From contig OX597825.1 of the NCBI GenBank assembly GCA_951406725.2, positions 53,630,001 through 53,694,000 on the forward strand: a stretch of DNA of 64,000 bases, given 5' to 3'. The stretch is from Octopus vulgaris (lineage: Eukaryota). Both the position numbers and the translations under genes were made by a program. This document shows, piece by piece, positions 1-15,707 of the stretch. Under the pieces are notes generated by a model. That model saw only the letters and a list, made by a program, of their open reading frames with translations, was not told the DNA's origin and did not search any database. Position 1 is the first letter of the stretch; every line of letters starts with the position of its first letter.

Positions 1-110
1 TTGATGTGTGCACTCCAACTGAGATCGTCATCAACAATTACACCCAGGTCTCTGATATTGTTGGAGGCTGTGACCGGTTCCCCTGAAGGAAGAGAGTATG
101 GTTGTTTTAG
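1..110 (-). mobile_element. Non-LTR retrotransposon (CR1/L2-type) RT fragment, cut by window edge
   Basis: Minus-strand translation of 3-59 gives NIRDLGVIVDDDLSWSAHI, the 'KDLGV..D..L.W..HI' motif downstream of YADD in CR1-group RTs. Confidence 0.7.
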
Positions 111-120
111 TGAGGAATTT

Positions 121-945
<825 letters not shown>

Positions 946-1655
946 GAAATATTTTATTAAATATTTCTTTAAGGGTTTCAAATGGAAAACTTAAGGACAG
1001 CAAAACTAAAAACAAATTAAATTAAAAAGAAAAATAACTGCAACGGAAAACTTAAGTTTATGCTGAAGCAAAGAGTTCTCATTTCAAACCCGTAGAAATA
1101 TGGACTCAAATTGTTGTTGCATTGAACCGTAACTTAAAATCTGCAGATAGAAGTTTCTTATATAAAAAATTATAAATGGAAAATTATATTTCACCTTATG
1201 ATAAAAAGGAATATATAATTTGGTCAGGAAAATAGAGTAAACAATATGAAATGAAGTTGAATATAGTGTGTGGATGAACTAAACGATTTGCTAGTTATAG
1301 AACTTATCAAGTAGTACAACATCATATTGCAGGTGACATCATGCTACGAACTTGCAACTGGCCTAATTTAATCAACTTTAAAAGCTACGATGAATATGTG
1401 TACATATAACATGAGTGTTCAAATTTCAACAGATTTCAAGAATGTTATTTTTGTTCAATGACGTTTAACAATATGTTATGAATATTGAAAACTAAAAGCA
1501 CAAAAATATATCTGGGTCTCGTTTTCTCTTAGTTTTGTTCTTGAAATATAGTTCCCGTCTTTCCAAAAGTAGATTACTGCAAGAGGAATTTTCTGAAAGA
1601 CTTTCAACACACACTATCTATTAAATATTAAATTAAGGGTTTCAAATGCTTTGAT

Positions 1656-2012
<357 letters not shown>

Positions 2013-2524
2013 TTAATGAAATAAATTGATTAATTGAATCTGGCCGAATGCTGCATTCACGTGCGTTTGGTGAACAGTGAGTGAATAAGTGTAGAAGTGT
2101 AGGGAGTGAAACAGCCAATACACAGAACATTAGTAGATATTAATGCAATAAAAAAAATATTAATAGAAGCAACGTCATTAGCAATAATATTAACAACAAC
2201 ATTGCAAGCAACAATGATAACAACAGCAGTAGTGCCTTAAAATATAACAAAATAAGAACGGAGAAACCCAAAACACCAATGATTTCAATCAGAAAATATT
2301 ATAATTCTGAAAGGAAAATAAATGGTAAAAATATGAAAATGGAATTTGTGAGTGTATGTGTGTGGGTATGAGTGTGTGTCTGTGTGAGTTTGTGTAAGTG
2401 TGTGCATGAGTGTGTGTGTGCGTGCGTGCATGAGTGTGTGCATGACTGTATAGGCATATATAAAGGTACACGCACACGCACTAAGACACACATACATATT
2501 TGTGAATGTGTACATATATATGTG

Positions 2525-2590
<66 letters not shown>

Positions 2591-2623
2591 CATTCACATA
2601 TATATACACGCACGCACACATAA

Positions 2624-2689
<66 letters not shown>

Positions 2690-2754
2690 TCATACGCACG
2701 CACACATTTATCTTTCTCTCTCACCCTCTCTCTATCTCGCTATATATATATATA

Positions 2755-2791
<37 letters not shown>

Positions 2792-3955
2792 TCGTGTCCA
2801 CTTTCTCTCTCTCTTCGTATACACACACATATATATGTATACATGTATACATATACATGTGTATAAATCTATATATATATATATATGTGGGAGTGTACTG
2901 TGTGTGTGTGTGTGTGTATGTGTGTTTACATGTATGTATATGTCTGTTTGTATATGTTTTCTTCCAATCAATAACTTTAGATACATTAAAGCTAAAGTTT
3001 TGTCAAATGAACAAATATCTACAGGGAGAATTAAAGGAAAAAAGACAAATTAAACACTAAAACAGGAAAACCAAAAAAAAAGCAAAATAACAAGACAATC
3101 TTACAATAATATAAAAGAAGCAACAAACGAAAATAATAAAATGATAATGACAGCAACAGCAATAACTGATAACTACAACAATATTGATAATAAAAATAAT
3201 AATAACCAAGGCTAGCAACAGAAACTTTGGCGATAATAATGTTAAAGTAGTGATAATAATAACAATCGTAATAAGCAAATGAAGAGGAGAAGGAGGAATC
3301 AAAAGAAGTATAACAAGAACAATAATAGAAATAATAATTATAAGAATAATGATGAAAGTAATGGAAAAGAAGTAAAACAACGACAATAACGCAGAGTTGC
3401 AATACAAAAGTTACGTTAAATGTAAGTTGAATAGAGTTTTCGATTAAAGTTTTCCCATGGGAGAACATTATTTAGCATTAGGTAAGGTAATGCACTTATA
3501 GTTCAAGAAATGAGTGATAAAAGTTTTAAGTGTAAAAAAATGTATTTGGTAAATGAAAATATATGGAAATTGTACCAAATGAAAGTTTTGGTATGGTAAC
3601 AGACAATAATGCGTTTAATGAAATAACTGTGGTGGTTAAGGAGGCTGATGGAGGAGAGAGAGAAAGACAGATGGACGTGAAATAAGAGAGTAAAGGCAAT
3701 AGCTTGATGGCAGAATAGAAAAAGGTCGAGGAGAGAGAGTTATGATGTTGAGGATGTTGAGGGTGGTGATTACGATGATGATCATGATGATGACCATGAT
3801 AGTTGTGCTAAAGACGAAGACATAGAAAGGAAGAAGAAATAAGACGAAGAGGAGAAGAAAAACAAAAAGAAAAGCACGAAGAGAAACAATATGAGGAGAG
3901 AACGAGAAAGAGGAGTATGACATTGGAAGGTGAAATAAGAAAATGCTTATGTGTG

Positions 3956-4016
<61 letters not shown>

Positions 4017-4299
4017 ATGTGTATGTGTGTGTGTGTGTGTATTGTTTATTTAATGGACATAGGTTATTGTTTGTGTTAAAAGGAACGATCAAAGAAAACT
4101 GGTGGACATTTATTAAATAGGGTACAGGTCATCGATGTTATGGTGGGGTGTCGGCGCTAGTGGTACTAGAGTTGTGGCGTTGGTAGTGGTGGGAATGACA
4201 TATGAGGACATGAGGACATTATAGGAAACATGTTTATGATAACAATATCAATAATAAAATTACAACGATAATAACAGTAACGTTGAAAACAACAACGAC

Positions 4300-4375
<76 letters not shown>

Positions 4376-4874
4376 GCAACAACAGTATCGATATATGAGT
4401 GAGTCTGTGTGTTTGCTTATGTGAGTGTGTTGGTGCATTAATGCGTCTATGTGCGTACAGTAGATGAGCATTGTAGAAAATTGATATACAAATATAAAGT
4501 AAAACAGAACAAACAAAAAGAAATAAACGGAATGCACGTATGTCTTGTATTGATTTCGTGCTTCTTCTACATCATTTATTGTACATGTGCTTCAACATAT
4601 ATAATAAATTATTTTAGGTATATACAATTAAGTATATATATATATATATACATACATGCATATATATATATATATATACATACATACATGTGTATCCATG
4701 CACATACTTAGTTGTATACATGTGATATATATATACATGTATATATGTATGTTTATATTTATATATATATATACACATATACATATACATATATATATAT
4801 AACTACATATGTGAATATGCATGTATGTATTTGTGTATATATCTACGTGCATAGAAATAGTTGTGTGTCTATGC

Positions 4875-4942
<68 letters not shown>

Positions 4943-5391
4943 AATACTGCTCTGTCTGGGGAGAGTCATTCTCTTTCAGTGATTCAGAATTTAACACACA
5001 CACAGTTAAAATTTCCACTCTTTTACTGTTTTTTTCTAAAATTTTCGTTGCGCCTTGCAACCTTTTAAATAGTTATTGACTCTATCCGTTATTCAAGCTG
5101 CGTTCTTTTTGTTTGTTTGTGCGTGTGTGTGTGTGGGTCAGTATGTATGTATGCATGCTTGCATGCATGCATGCATATAAGTGTGCGTATGCATGTATGT
5201 GTGTATGCGTATGTATATATGTATGTGTGTACGTTTGTATGTATGTATTCTGCATATTTATTTGTTTGTTTGTTCTTGTTTGTGTGTTTTTATGTGTGTG
5301 TATGCATGTGCCTCTGTCTCCTTGTATGTTAATGTCTAAGTGTGTATGTGTGTGTTATGGCTTTTTGTGACTATGTACTGTATATGTATGT

Positions 5392-5438
<47 letters not shown>

Positions 5439-5452
5439 TAATAATAAATAAT

Positions 5453-5702
5453 AAAGCGCCCTTTTAAAGCCTAACCAGGCTCATGGGCCCGGTTTCCCGG
5501 TTTCTATGGCGTATGTATTCCCTAGCTGGACGGGACGCCAGTCCATCACAGCGTTACTCATTTTTGCCAGCTGAGTGGACTGGAGCAACGTGAAATGAAG
5601 TATTTTGCTCAAGAACACAGTGCGTCGTCCGGTCCAAGAATCGAAACCACAGTCTTACGATCATGATGCTGACACCCTAACCAGTAAGCCACGCGCCTCC
5701 AC
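5453..5702 (-). mobile_element. tRNA-derived SINE (CORE/V-like body), copy 1 of tandem pair
   Basis: Minus strand GTGGAGGCGCGTGGCTTACTGGTTAGG (A box) ... GGTTTCGATTC (B box), then TGTGTTCTTGAGCAAAATACTT..CCACTCAGCTG core; highly similar to 5703-5950. Confidence 0.85.
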
Positions 5703-5947
5703 TAAATGCGTATTTTTAAAACCTAGCCAGGCTCATGGGCCCGGTTTCCCGGTTTAATGGCGTATGTGTTCCCCACCTCGACAGGACCCCAGTCCATTGC
5801 AGCGTTACTTATTTTTTCCAGCTGAGTGGACTGCAGCAACGTGAAATGAAGTGTTTTGCTCAAGAACGCAACGCGTCGTCCGGTCCAGGAATCGAAATCA
5901 CAATCTTACGATCATGATGCTGACACTCTAACCACTAAGCCACGCGC

Positions 5948-5950
<3 letters not shown>
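5703..5950 (-). mobile_element. tRNA-derived SINE, copy 2 of tandem pair
   Basis: Direct head-to-tail repeat of 5453-5702 with A/B boxes. Confidence 0.85.
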
Positions 5951-6007
<57 letters not shown>

Positions 6008-6014
6008 ACACACT

Positions 6015-6091
<77 letters not shown>

Positions 6092-7439
6092 TGTACGTAT
6101 TTATGTATATATGCATGTATGTAAGTATATATTTATGTATGTCTGTATATATGTTTCATGTATGTATGTATGTATACACAAATCGCTTGAAATTGAATGT
6201 TACCCGCTGCAATCAAATTCACAACTATGAATTTCAGGTAACAAACTCACGTCCTACGCAAATTTTTTAGTTACACTAAACTATATGCTGTGCAACATAT
6301 ATTGAACACGCAGCTGCCTTTCTTTCATCTCAGTTAACGTACACATACTTATATATAGATACACACACACACACACACACACCTACACACTCACATACAA
6401 ATATATGCATGTATATATGATTGTCTATGTGTAAATGCATATGTATGTCTCCGTATACATGTGCTTAGCATTTCACTATTGTGTATCTTAGAAGCCAGAC
6501 AAATACAAAATATTAAAAGGAAATATTAAACAGGAAACTTAATCATTCACTCCCCTGTGGTTAACGACTTTAATTAATTTATTCATTGATATATACCGCT
6601 GATTAGTAGAATGCAAGATAATATTTTATATTTATTATATCTTCGTTTATCTGGTGAAATGTGTTCACTAGATAAATTCATTTGTATATGGAAATAAAGC
6701 AAAGATCCATGCGGATAACTGCTCAGTTGTCAGTATGACTTCTCTGAATAGACAGAAAGAATCATTTGTAGATTCCAAGATCATCAATTTAAAAGTTAAA
6801 TAAGACATGTACTCTGCACTTCCGCTTTTCGGTAATAATTAATTCTATTGTTCTAATGAATATTTTCACCATTGTACAAGGCTGATCCAAACCAATAGAC
6901 ATATGCCAAGAGAATACGGGGGAACACCCGCAACTACAATGCTATCATTTCATTTTTTTTTGCTTTTTTTATTAGTTTTCTTTTGTTTTGTTTTTTGTTA
7001 AAAGTATAATTTTCAAGTGTCTTCAAACACAGCCAGGCTGAAATAATTAATGTATTCTTCCAAGAGTGAATAAAAAATTCTCAGATTTGAAAGGATGTGC
7101 CCCTTAGATACTAACATGGGCTCCCATATATGGATTCTAATGGCGCAGGGTCCTCTTGCCATCGGGCAAGCTGGCATACTGGCCAGTTCGCCATTGGACA
7201 TATGTATATATCTGAGCGCCTTTTTGTGTATGTGCTTTTACGGATGGTTCTTAACTGTAGAAATCGAAGTAGATAAAGCTGTAAAGAGGAACACGGACGA
7301 TTGGAGTTAAAAAGAAAACCTTTTACACAGAAAAAAGATTTTTTAAATCACAATTTACGTGGGATTATGTATAGCTTTATTTACGGTAATAATCAATAAT
7401 TTCTAAAACTCTATGACGTAAACAACACGCGTGAGCACC

Positions 7440-7990
7440 TTAAAATATATTTTAATATGCTGGTCACTGATAAGATATTTTTGAAAGATTTTATCCTTAT
7501 TTTAGTAGTAAATTTATTACCATTCACTTCGGGACTGGTAACCACTTTATGTGAGTTTCCTTACCGGCTAAACGCGTGTTGAGGCTTGCTACATAATTTC
7601 TGTTTAGATGTATTTGGGGTACTCAAATGTACGTATGACTATACATCTGCTTTTCCCATGGATATATGTAAGTATTCCATTTATTCTTATTGTGTTCCTC
7701 GCTGATGAAGGAAAAATCCGTTTGGATCAATCCAGAAATTCAGAAATCTGTCCGATTCGGAGATAACGGAAATTTTAATATTTGTTATCTTTGAACACGT
7801 TATATAGTTATAGGGGAAAATATTGTATATGGTTAAACGATCTACAGTATATTTTTCACCATATTGGCGTAGAAATATTCTTTTCCCCTTATTTATAATT
7901 GTTTATAATTTTCACATTAAGAGGCATTTTAATATGCTAGCCTCTCATAAGATATTTTGAAAAAATTTATCCATATATTAGAAGTATATG
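7440..7990 (+). mobile_element. Probable degenerate Penelope-like pLTR with partial direct repeat
   Basis: About 65-bp direct repeat (7441-7510 and 7920-7987) enclosing CTGATGA-hairpin-GAAA at 7702-7740. Confidence 0.35.
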
Positions 7991-9311
7991 GGTGTGTGTA
8001 TTTGTGTGTGTGCATGTATGTATATATACATATATATAAATATATAAACACGCAATTGTGTACATGCATATTGTAGCAGTAGTAGTAATAGTAGTAGTAG
8101 TAGAAGTAGTAGCAGTAGTATTATGAGTGGAGGTAGTACTGTTCTCTCTCCCTTTCCCGCTGTTTCTCTCTTTGTTTATGTATTTCTATATGTATCATAC
8201 TTTATATACACACACACACATGCTCATATATACATGCATACATACATACATATATATATATAATAGATAGACAGACAGCCAGACAATCAGACAGATAGAT
8301 AGATGGATAGATATGTACATGTATATATACATATGTATTAGCCTATATATACAAACGTATTTATATATATATACATATGTATATGTTCATCCGACGCGTT
8401 CCTACATAACATGTGTGTGTGTGTGTGTGTGTGTGTTTGCATGTGTGCGAGTGTGTGTGTGTGTGTCACTGTACATTTACGTCTCCATATATATCAATAA
8501 TCTTGCAACATATGAATTTCAACCACAAAGTTTGTACTACGAGAGTAATCTATGATCAGCACCGTTAAATCTAATATTTGCTATTCCCTGGTCAGTATTT
8601 AAATAACGTTATTATCTCCTGTGTTTCTAGTTGCCATGACAATATTCAAGCATTATCATTAATTGAGATGTTCTTATTTTACAGGTCAATATCTTCCTCT
8701 AAATATAGAAATTAACCCTGACATTATCTAAACAACACACTTTAAACTGCTTCCGTTGTATTCCTAGGGTTGCCGTTCAAACTAGAACTAATAAACGTAT
8801 TGCTTGTATCCCTACGTCAATAGCCTATTAAGCTATTGGTTGCATTTGATGTATTCCCCGGACAATATGTCTGTACAACAATGACCCTGTTTGTGGTATA
8901 ACTAGAACAATAGTTGAGAGTGAGCAATTAACCTTCTTGATGTAATTCAATGTAACTGATTCGATAAAGCGTATAATTGCATTGACTGCATTTTCAAAGT
9001 AATGACACGATTAAACAATGATCTACTATGGTTCCATTCTAAAGACCTTATGTAGCAATATGACTGGATAAATACACATTGCTGTGTACTGATTAACCAC
9101 GATGATTTTAAATGAAAAATTGTTTCAAAATACAACTGCTTCCATGAATATACTAAATCTGTGCTACCGACAGCAACATATACACCTCATAATTGTATTT
9201 ACAGGACAATATTTATACAACCCACCTCTATTCTCAACCACCTTCCCCAATCCCGGAGAGTAGGATACTCGAGTAACTATCACTTATATATATATGTGTG
9301 TATATATATAA

Positions 9312-9349
<38 letters not shown>

Positions 9350-9358
9350 ATTGATAAA

Positions 9359-9800
9359 TACGAGGTACAATCCATAAGTTTTGAAATTTTGAATTCATAA
9401 GAGAGTCAGTTATATCTGAATTAGATTATTGTAATTTAAGTATATCATTACTCTATATCTAATAAGTTGATCTGCCAACTTTTGTTATTCTAGATTGGAG
9501 GCGACAACTTAACTCATTGAACACTCGCTACAAAAAACATTTTGTAACAGCTGACTTGATTGCAGAATTTGTTTGAGTCGTGAAGACAATTTGAAAGCTT
9601 GCTATACAAAAAAAGTTGAGTTAAACCGGACATAAAAACTACATGAACTCAGGAAATATTCCAGGCTGTGGAATATCTTGTATGAACCGAGAATCTACTG
9701 TTTGGCGGTACAAGATATCCAGCAAAGCAGGTGCACTGGAAATCTTAAGAATACGACAACAAAGACGCCATCTACATCCACAGCGATGCGTCTGCCCATA
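9359..9800 (+). mobile_element. Degenerate mariner-like transposon 5' remnant
   Basis: TACGAGGT.. TIR-like start; fragmentary 'SCMNR.S..W' and 'PSTST' resembling the mariner HTH/linker region. Confidence 0.35.
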
Positions 9801-10156
9801 CTGTAAACAAAGATCACTTAGTGAACTTTCTAAGGGAGCGTGGGTTTTGATTGTACGTCAAGTTGAAGGGGACGATGAAGAAGACTGTGACTAGGGTCCC
9901 GGATACCTTCACTTTGTAGGTCATGCATGAAGTCAGATGTTCCTACTCTGAAGGGGATTGGAGCTTTGTACTTCTTTTAAATTAATAAATGTCTCTGCTT
10001 CAAATTTTTCAAAATTTCTGTAATGAATCTGGGTATATATTAATACATATTTATATTACTAAGCATATACATGTTGGTATATATATAGCCAGGTATTTTA
10101 TATACATACGTTTCAGTGTGTGGATAATGAGATTGTGTACATGTGTGTGTGCGTGC

Positions 10157-10188
<32 letters not shown>

Positions 10189-10193
<5 letters not shown>

Positions 10194-10735
10194 GCATAAG
10201 GGGCTTGAGGACATAAATTTTTGGGGTCATTGCTGCGTTTTTTACTAACACTGTACAATGTTTGTTTCAGAAAATAATAATGGCAGATCCTCAGCTTCCT
10301 CAAGAAATGTAGAGGGAAGCTGTTATTGTGGTTATAAAGGCTGAGTATAGCGATTTAGAAATACCTCGATTTTTAAATGTTGTTAGATTTTTCGTTTACA
10401 AATTTTGTAAGGAGCTAGAGACAGAAGATGAAAACGTATCACCGGTATGAAAACAGAAAACCCATTCTAAACACCGAAATCATCAGAAACACCTGAATTT
10501 TTCCAAAAAGTTCAACAGATTATTGATTACAATCCCAGAAAATCCATGAGGTCGATTGCAAAAGATTATCCATATGTCAGAAGTGACAGTCAGAAATGTT
10601 GTCCACGAAGACATCATGTATAAATCTTATATGATGGGCAAAGGTCAATTTGTCCCAAAAAGCAAAAGAAAGATCACTACATCAGATCTAAAATCCTTTT
10701 AAACAAACTGAAAAATCCTGCAGATTTGATTTGGT
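10189..10735 (+). mobile_element. Tc1/mariner-superfamily (maT/DD37D-like) transposon remnant, N-terminal transposase pseudogene
   Basis: Frameshifted translation AVIVVIKAEYSDLEI..FLNV..TPEF..KVQQIIDYNPRKSMRSIAKD..MSEVTVRNVVHEDIMYKSY (two HTH region); starts after TA. Confidence 0.75.
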
Positions 10736-10744
10736 TTTTCTCAA

Positions 10745-10908
10745 ACGAGTTTTCTTCGTGATCTCTGACTACTATACCTGGCCTATTGGCCTTAATTTCT
10801 GTATCTGTGTGTATTGGCATATCTCAGATTATGGTTGCTTTCTAGTTTTCTGTGACCTTATCTTTTTTCTGTTGTTATTCCATAGTGTTGGCACAGCTTC
10901 CAGTGTAT
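10745..10908 (-). mobile_element. R4/Dong-clade non-LTR fragment (zinc-finger/REL endonuclease region)
   Basis: Minus translation HWKLCQHYGITTEK..VTEN*KATII*DMPIHTDTEIKANRPGIVVRDHEE; 5' side abuts (TAA)n. Confidence 0.75.
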
Positions 10909-10934
10909 TATTACTATTATTATTATTGTTATTT

Positions 10935-10986
<52 letters not shown>

Positions 10987-10987
10987 C

Positions 10988-11014
<27 letters not shown>

Positions 11015-11018
<4 letters not shown>

Positions 11019-11090
11019 TCAATGCCTGGAATTGAACTCGAAATCTTGGAGTTAGCAGCACGCGCCTTTAACCACTACGCCATATGGGCA
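11015..11090 (-). other. tRNA(Ser)-like Pol III cassette of the PLE-associated family (pseudo-tRNA)
   Basis: TGGCGTAGTGGTTAA (A box), CTGCTAA anticodon-like loop, GAGTTCAATTCC (B box); homologous to 62022-62095 and 62526-62599. Confidence 0.75.
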
Positions 11091-11110
11091 TAATAATAAT
11101 AATAATAATG

Positions 11111-11208
<98 letters not shown>

Positions 11209-11269
11209 AAGAAGAAGAAGAAGAAGAATAGTAGTAGTAGTAATAATAATAATAATAACAACAACAACA

Positions 11270-11420
11270 ACATCGAAAAATACCTTAAGAATTAGAAACC
11301 AGGTTCGAAATTTCCCAAAGACACCTGATGAAGGCTGGTGGGTATGCCAACCGAAACGTTGTGTTAACAACAAACAAGATGAGGACAAACATGCGTCAAT
11401 TGTAAATAGTGTAAATAATG
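11270..11420 (+). mobile_element. Penelope-like pLTR 3' segment carrying a hammerhead
   Basis: Homologous to 61875-62002 (-) and 62620-62720 (+), which adjoin a PLE GIY-YIG ORF end. Confidence 0.75.
11320..11365 (+). ncRNA. Minimal type-I hammerhead ribozyme (C3-G8 core)
   Basis: gacac-CTGATGA-a-ggctgg(8 nt)ccaacc-GAAA-cg-TT-gtgtt; palindromic ACGT stem III, one mismatch in stem II. Confidence 0.75.
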
Positions 11421-11562
11421 AAAACAAGAATCCTTGTAACATTTATACCAGATCACTAGGCTCGAGTTCCATTCCATCATGCTCTGTGTGGGTATTAGAT
11501 TTAATATATCACCCAACTTACCATCACCAACTGGCGTATTGTATGATGTCCATGCTGTTGCA

Positions 11563-11865
11563 GTGGAGGCACATGGCCTAGTGCTTAAAGCAGCGGACTC
11601 GCGGTTGAAGGATCGCGGGTTCAAATCTCAGACCGGGCGATGTGTGTGTGTTTATGAGCGAAACACCTAAGCTCCACGCGACTCCGGCAGAAGGTAATGC
11701 CGAACTTCTGCTGACTCCTTCGCTACAACTTTCTCTCACCCTTTCTTCCTGTATCATACAGTTCACCAGCGACGGACCGGCTTCCCGTCCAGGTGGAGAA
11801 CATATACGCCAAGAAAACCGGGAAACCGGCCCTTATGAGCCACGCATGACTCGAGAAGGAACATG
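11563..11865 (+). mobile_element. tRNA-derived SINE, second family, sharing its 3' tail with the 5.5-kb SINEs
   Basis: GTGGAGGCACATGGCCTAGTG..GGTTCAAATC head; tail CATATACGCC..AACCGGGAAACCGGCCC..ATGAGCC. Confidence 0.8.
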
Positions 11866-12027
11866 CTGTTGGAAGTCCTCGGGTCAGTTCTCTGGTTTTA
11901 AGATAACTCTCTCTCTCTCTCTCACTTTCTCTCTCACTCTTTCTTTCTGCCTCTCTCCTTTCTGTCTCTCTCATTTCTGTCACTGTGTCTCATATATATA
12001 TACACACGCAAATACACACACACACAT

Positions 12028-12158
<131 letters not shown>

Positions 12159-13314
12159 AGTTTTTGGTGATTGTGTGTGTGCATTTGCATATGTGTGCAT
12201 GTCACGGAGGTTCTGAAGCAACCCATAACGCTTTTCTTGTTACAACGATGAATTAAAATATATGCCATACAAAATACTGAGATTTGAGGAAATATGCTCT
12301 GCTTTACAAAGAATATTCTTCCTACATAACAATTCCTATTGTCTTCATAGTAAAAATAGGGTCCAGTCTTGTTCACAGTGCAATATTATGGTATGAACAG
12401 GTTTATTCAGTTCCTCGTATCCGCAAAATATGTTTGTAAATACAACAGTTTAACACAAACTTAGTACAGAAAGTAATACTATTAATCAGAATGTTTGATA
12501 AACCCCGCTGACTCAAACTATGGACATTTTGATAATACATACAAAATAGGCAAAGAAAAATCTTTGTGAAGAACTAGACTATTGAAGTCAATGATGATTA
12601 CCCATGATGCCGCGTTTCAGTTCAGTTGTTCGTGAAAAGATGGTGGAAACTGTTCATGGATTTAATCATGATTTTCTGTGATCTTTCATTTGGAAATCCC
12701 AGCAACCTTTAACGGTGCTCTCCACCAGAAAATATAATGCAATTTTCATTCAGAATATTGTGATACACTCACTCAGTCCCCACCTCTCACTCCCACTCTT
12801 TCGCTTTCTCTCTCTCTTTCTCACATTCTCTCTCTATGTTTCTCTCTCATACTCGCTCGCTCACTCACACACACAGATACACACACAGACACACACACAC
12901 ACACACACTCATATATAGACACTTACGTATACACATACACACACAAATACACATGTACATATGTTCATAAATATATATACATACACAAACATACACACAC
13001 ATATATATCTAATTATACATAGACACACATTTATATACGTCAGAGAATATACATACATACATGGTTGCACACAGAGACGCAGAAACACAAGTGTTTGAGA
13101 GCTGGCACACATACTGTTTATTTATTTATTTATTTATTTATTTATGTATTTATGTATACACATATATGTATTTGTCGTACGTAAGTATATCAATATGTGC
13201 ATATATATACATATACAAATATTACGAGTGTTAACACACACACACACATGTACATATACATATATATTAAGAAAGAGGGAGGTGAAGGACACATTCATAA
13301 ACATACACACACAC

Positions 13315-13351
<37 letters not shown>

Positions 13352-13383
13352 TATGTATACACAAACATATATATATATACACA

Positions 13384-13453
<70 letters not shown>

Positions 13454-13585
13454 TACACATGCATATACATATATATATATAAATATATGTGTGTATGTAT
13501 GTATGTAATGTATGTATATGTTTCTCCGTTTATGAAGGCAGGTATATCTGTTTTTGTGTGCGATATACAAATACACACTTACAGC

Positions 13586-13640
<55 letters not shown>

Positions 13641-14643
13641 TATGAGTTTATGCTACCTTGGTGATTTAATTAGTGCAGGAAATGTTTGTACTGAAAGTTT
13701 GGTCACTTGGGTATAAGAGATCTGTAGTGCCGTTGTTTAGAACTAGTCATTTACTCTCTTCCTCCCCCTCTCCTTTCTCCTTTCTCTAACCCCCTCTCAC
13801 ACTTTATCTCTCTTTCTCCCTCTCTCGTACACTCTCTTTTCCTTTCTTTCATTTAGATCTCCCTTCAAGTAAAATACTGGCTGGTAGGTTGTTTTGCATA
13901 TAGCTCTTGCACATGTTTTTGAAAGACAGGAATTCGTAAAACTGTTGTAACTTGGACGTAATATAATACATAGATATACATATTGTAAACAATATTATGC
14001 TAATAGCGATACGTTCAAATGGATCACATTGTGATGCTAAAATATGGTAAGAGATAAAAATACTTCAGTATAGTATGAGTATACAGGGAAGATCCATGTA
14101 TCGTCAAATCTTTTCGGTGCTACATCGTGAAGTTTGAGAAAAATGCTTGGAAAGTTTGATGTCACACAAAAGAAATATATGGCAATTGAACACAGTGGTG
14201 TGTAACACAGAATCGACACATGGTTACAAATATCATTGTTGTATATTAAGTCCAGAAAGAAAAGTGTGTTTTTGGTGGATTGTCTAAAAAAAAGTATTGT
14301 TCCCCAACATAGCAATCCAATACAGAAATTAGCAATGGCAGATACTGTGTGATATATGACAGATAATAGAGAGAAATTTACGCAAAGAAACAGAAATAAG
14401 AAATGACGTTTAGATATGCTATTGAGAATTTGTTATTTCGACAGGAAATGCAGAGATAAAGCTGCAAAGAAACAGGAACCGAAGATACGAAACTAGTAAC
14501 AGCTGTTACATGGTGGAAGACATCACTCAATTAAACAAAAGATTAATAATATAGTGCACGAGATAACGTCGGCATGCTTGTTGATATAAGTGTAGGTGTA
14601 TATGCATGATGTGGATTAATCTGTTCACACACACAAACAAGCG

Positions 14644-14726
<83 letters not shown>

Positions 14727-15312
14727 GTATATATATATGTATATATATATACACACGTGGGCCATTTCACGCTTAGCCTTGGCTGGCTTCAGGTATATTC
14801 CCACTGTGTTCATGGGTTATTCTATTGCTTTCAAATTGTTTCATCTGATGATTACAGATTTTTTATGCTATGTATTGTTCTCGTTCTTCTATTAAAAAGG
14901 CATAAGAAACAGCTTTAAGGACCCGATATTTATTCGCCGTCCGTTATTATTCATTTGCTTGTAATACACAATAGGGATTCGCAACATGTCGAACACCTTG
15001 GAGGATACGGAACAACGTATGATCTATAAAACGTGTACTTTGGACCAGCTCCTTGGCCTGGAATACTCGCAAGTGTGGTTTTCAATGTGTGCACAACCTT
15101 ACATGTATTTACACATACGCACACACACACAGACACACACACACATGCACACACGCACAAAAATGATCTCACTCAAATATACATAATTGTATATATACAA
15201 ATGTATGTATGTGGCTGTACACACATCCATATATATATATATATATGTGTGTATGTATTTATGTATGTGTATATATATATGAATATGTCTATACATATAT
15301 ACATATATATAT

Positions 15313-15413
<101 letters not shown>

Positions 15414-15707
15414 TTATATATACTTAGCGTAGTTTAAAATACTCCGTGTGACATTATAAAATCGAGATAATTTGGAAAATATTCAAATAATGGAAAAATA
15501 TCCCTTTCAAGTTTAAGTAACAAAATACAAAAATATAGGAATACAGAATATGAAATTAATATAAATATAAAATGAAACATACAAAAATGAATATACCTAT
15601 AGCATATAGTGGATGGATTAAAAAGTATTAAAGAATCAGAATATGAGAATCCAGTATCCAGTTAGGAAGTGAGAGAAGGTAGTGTAAATATGCATATATA
15701 TAAATAT

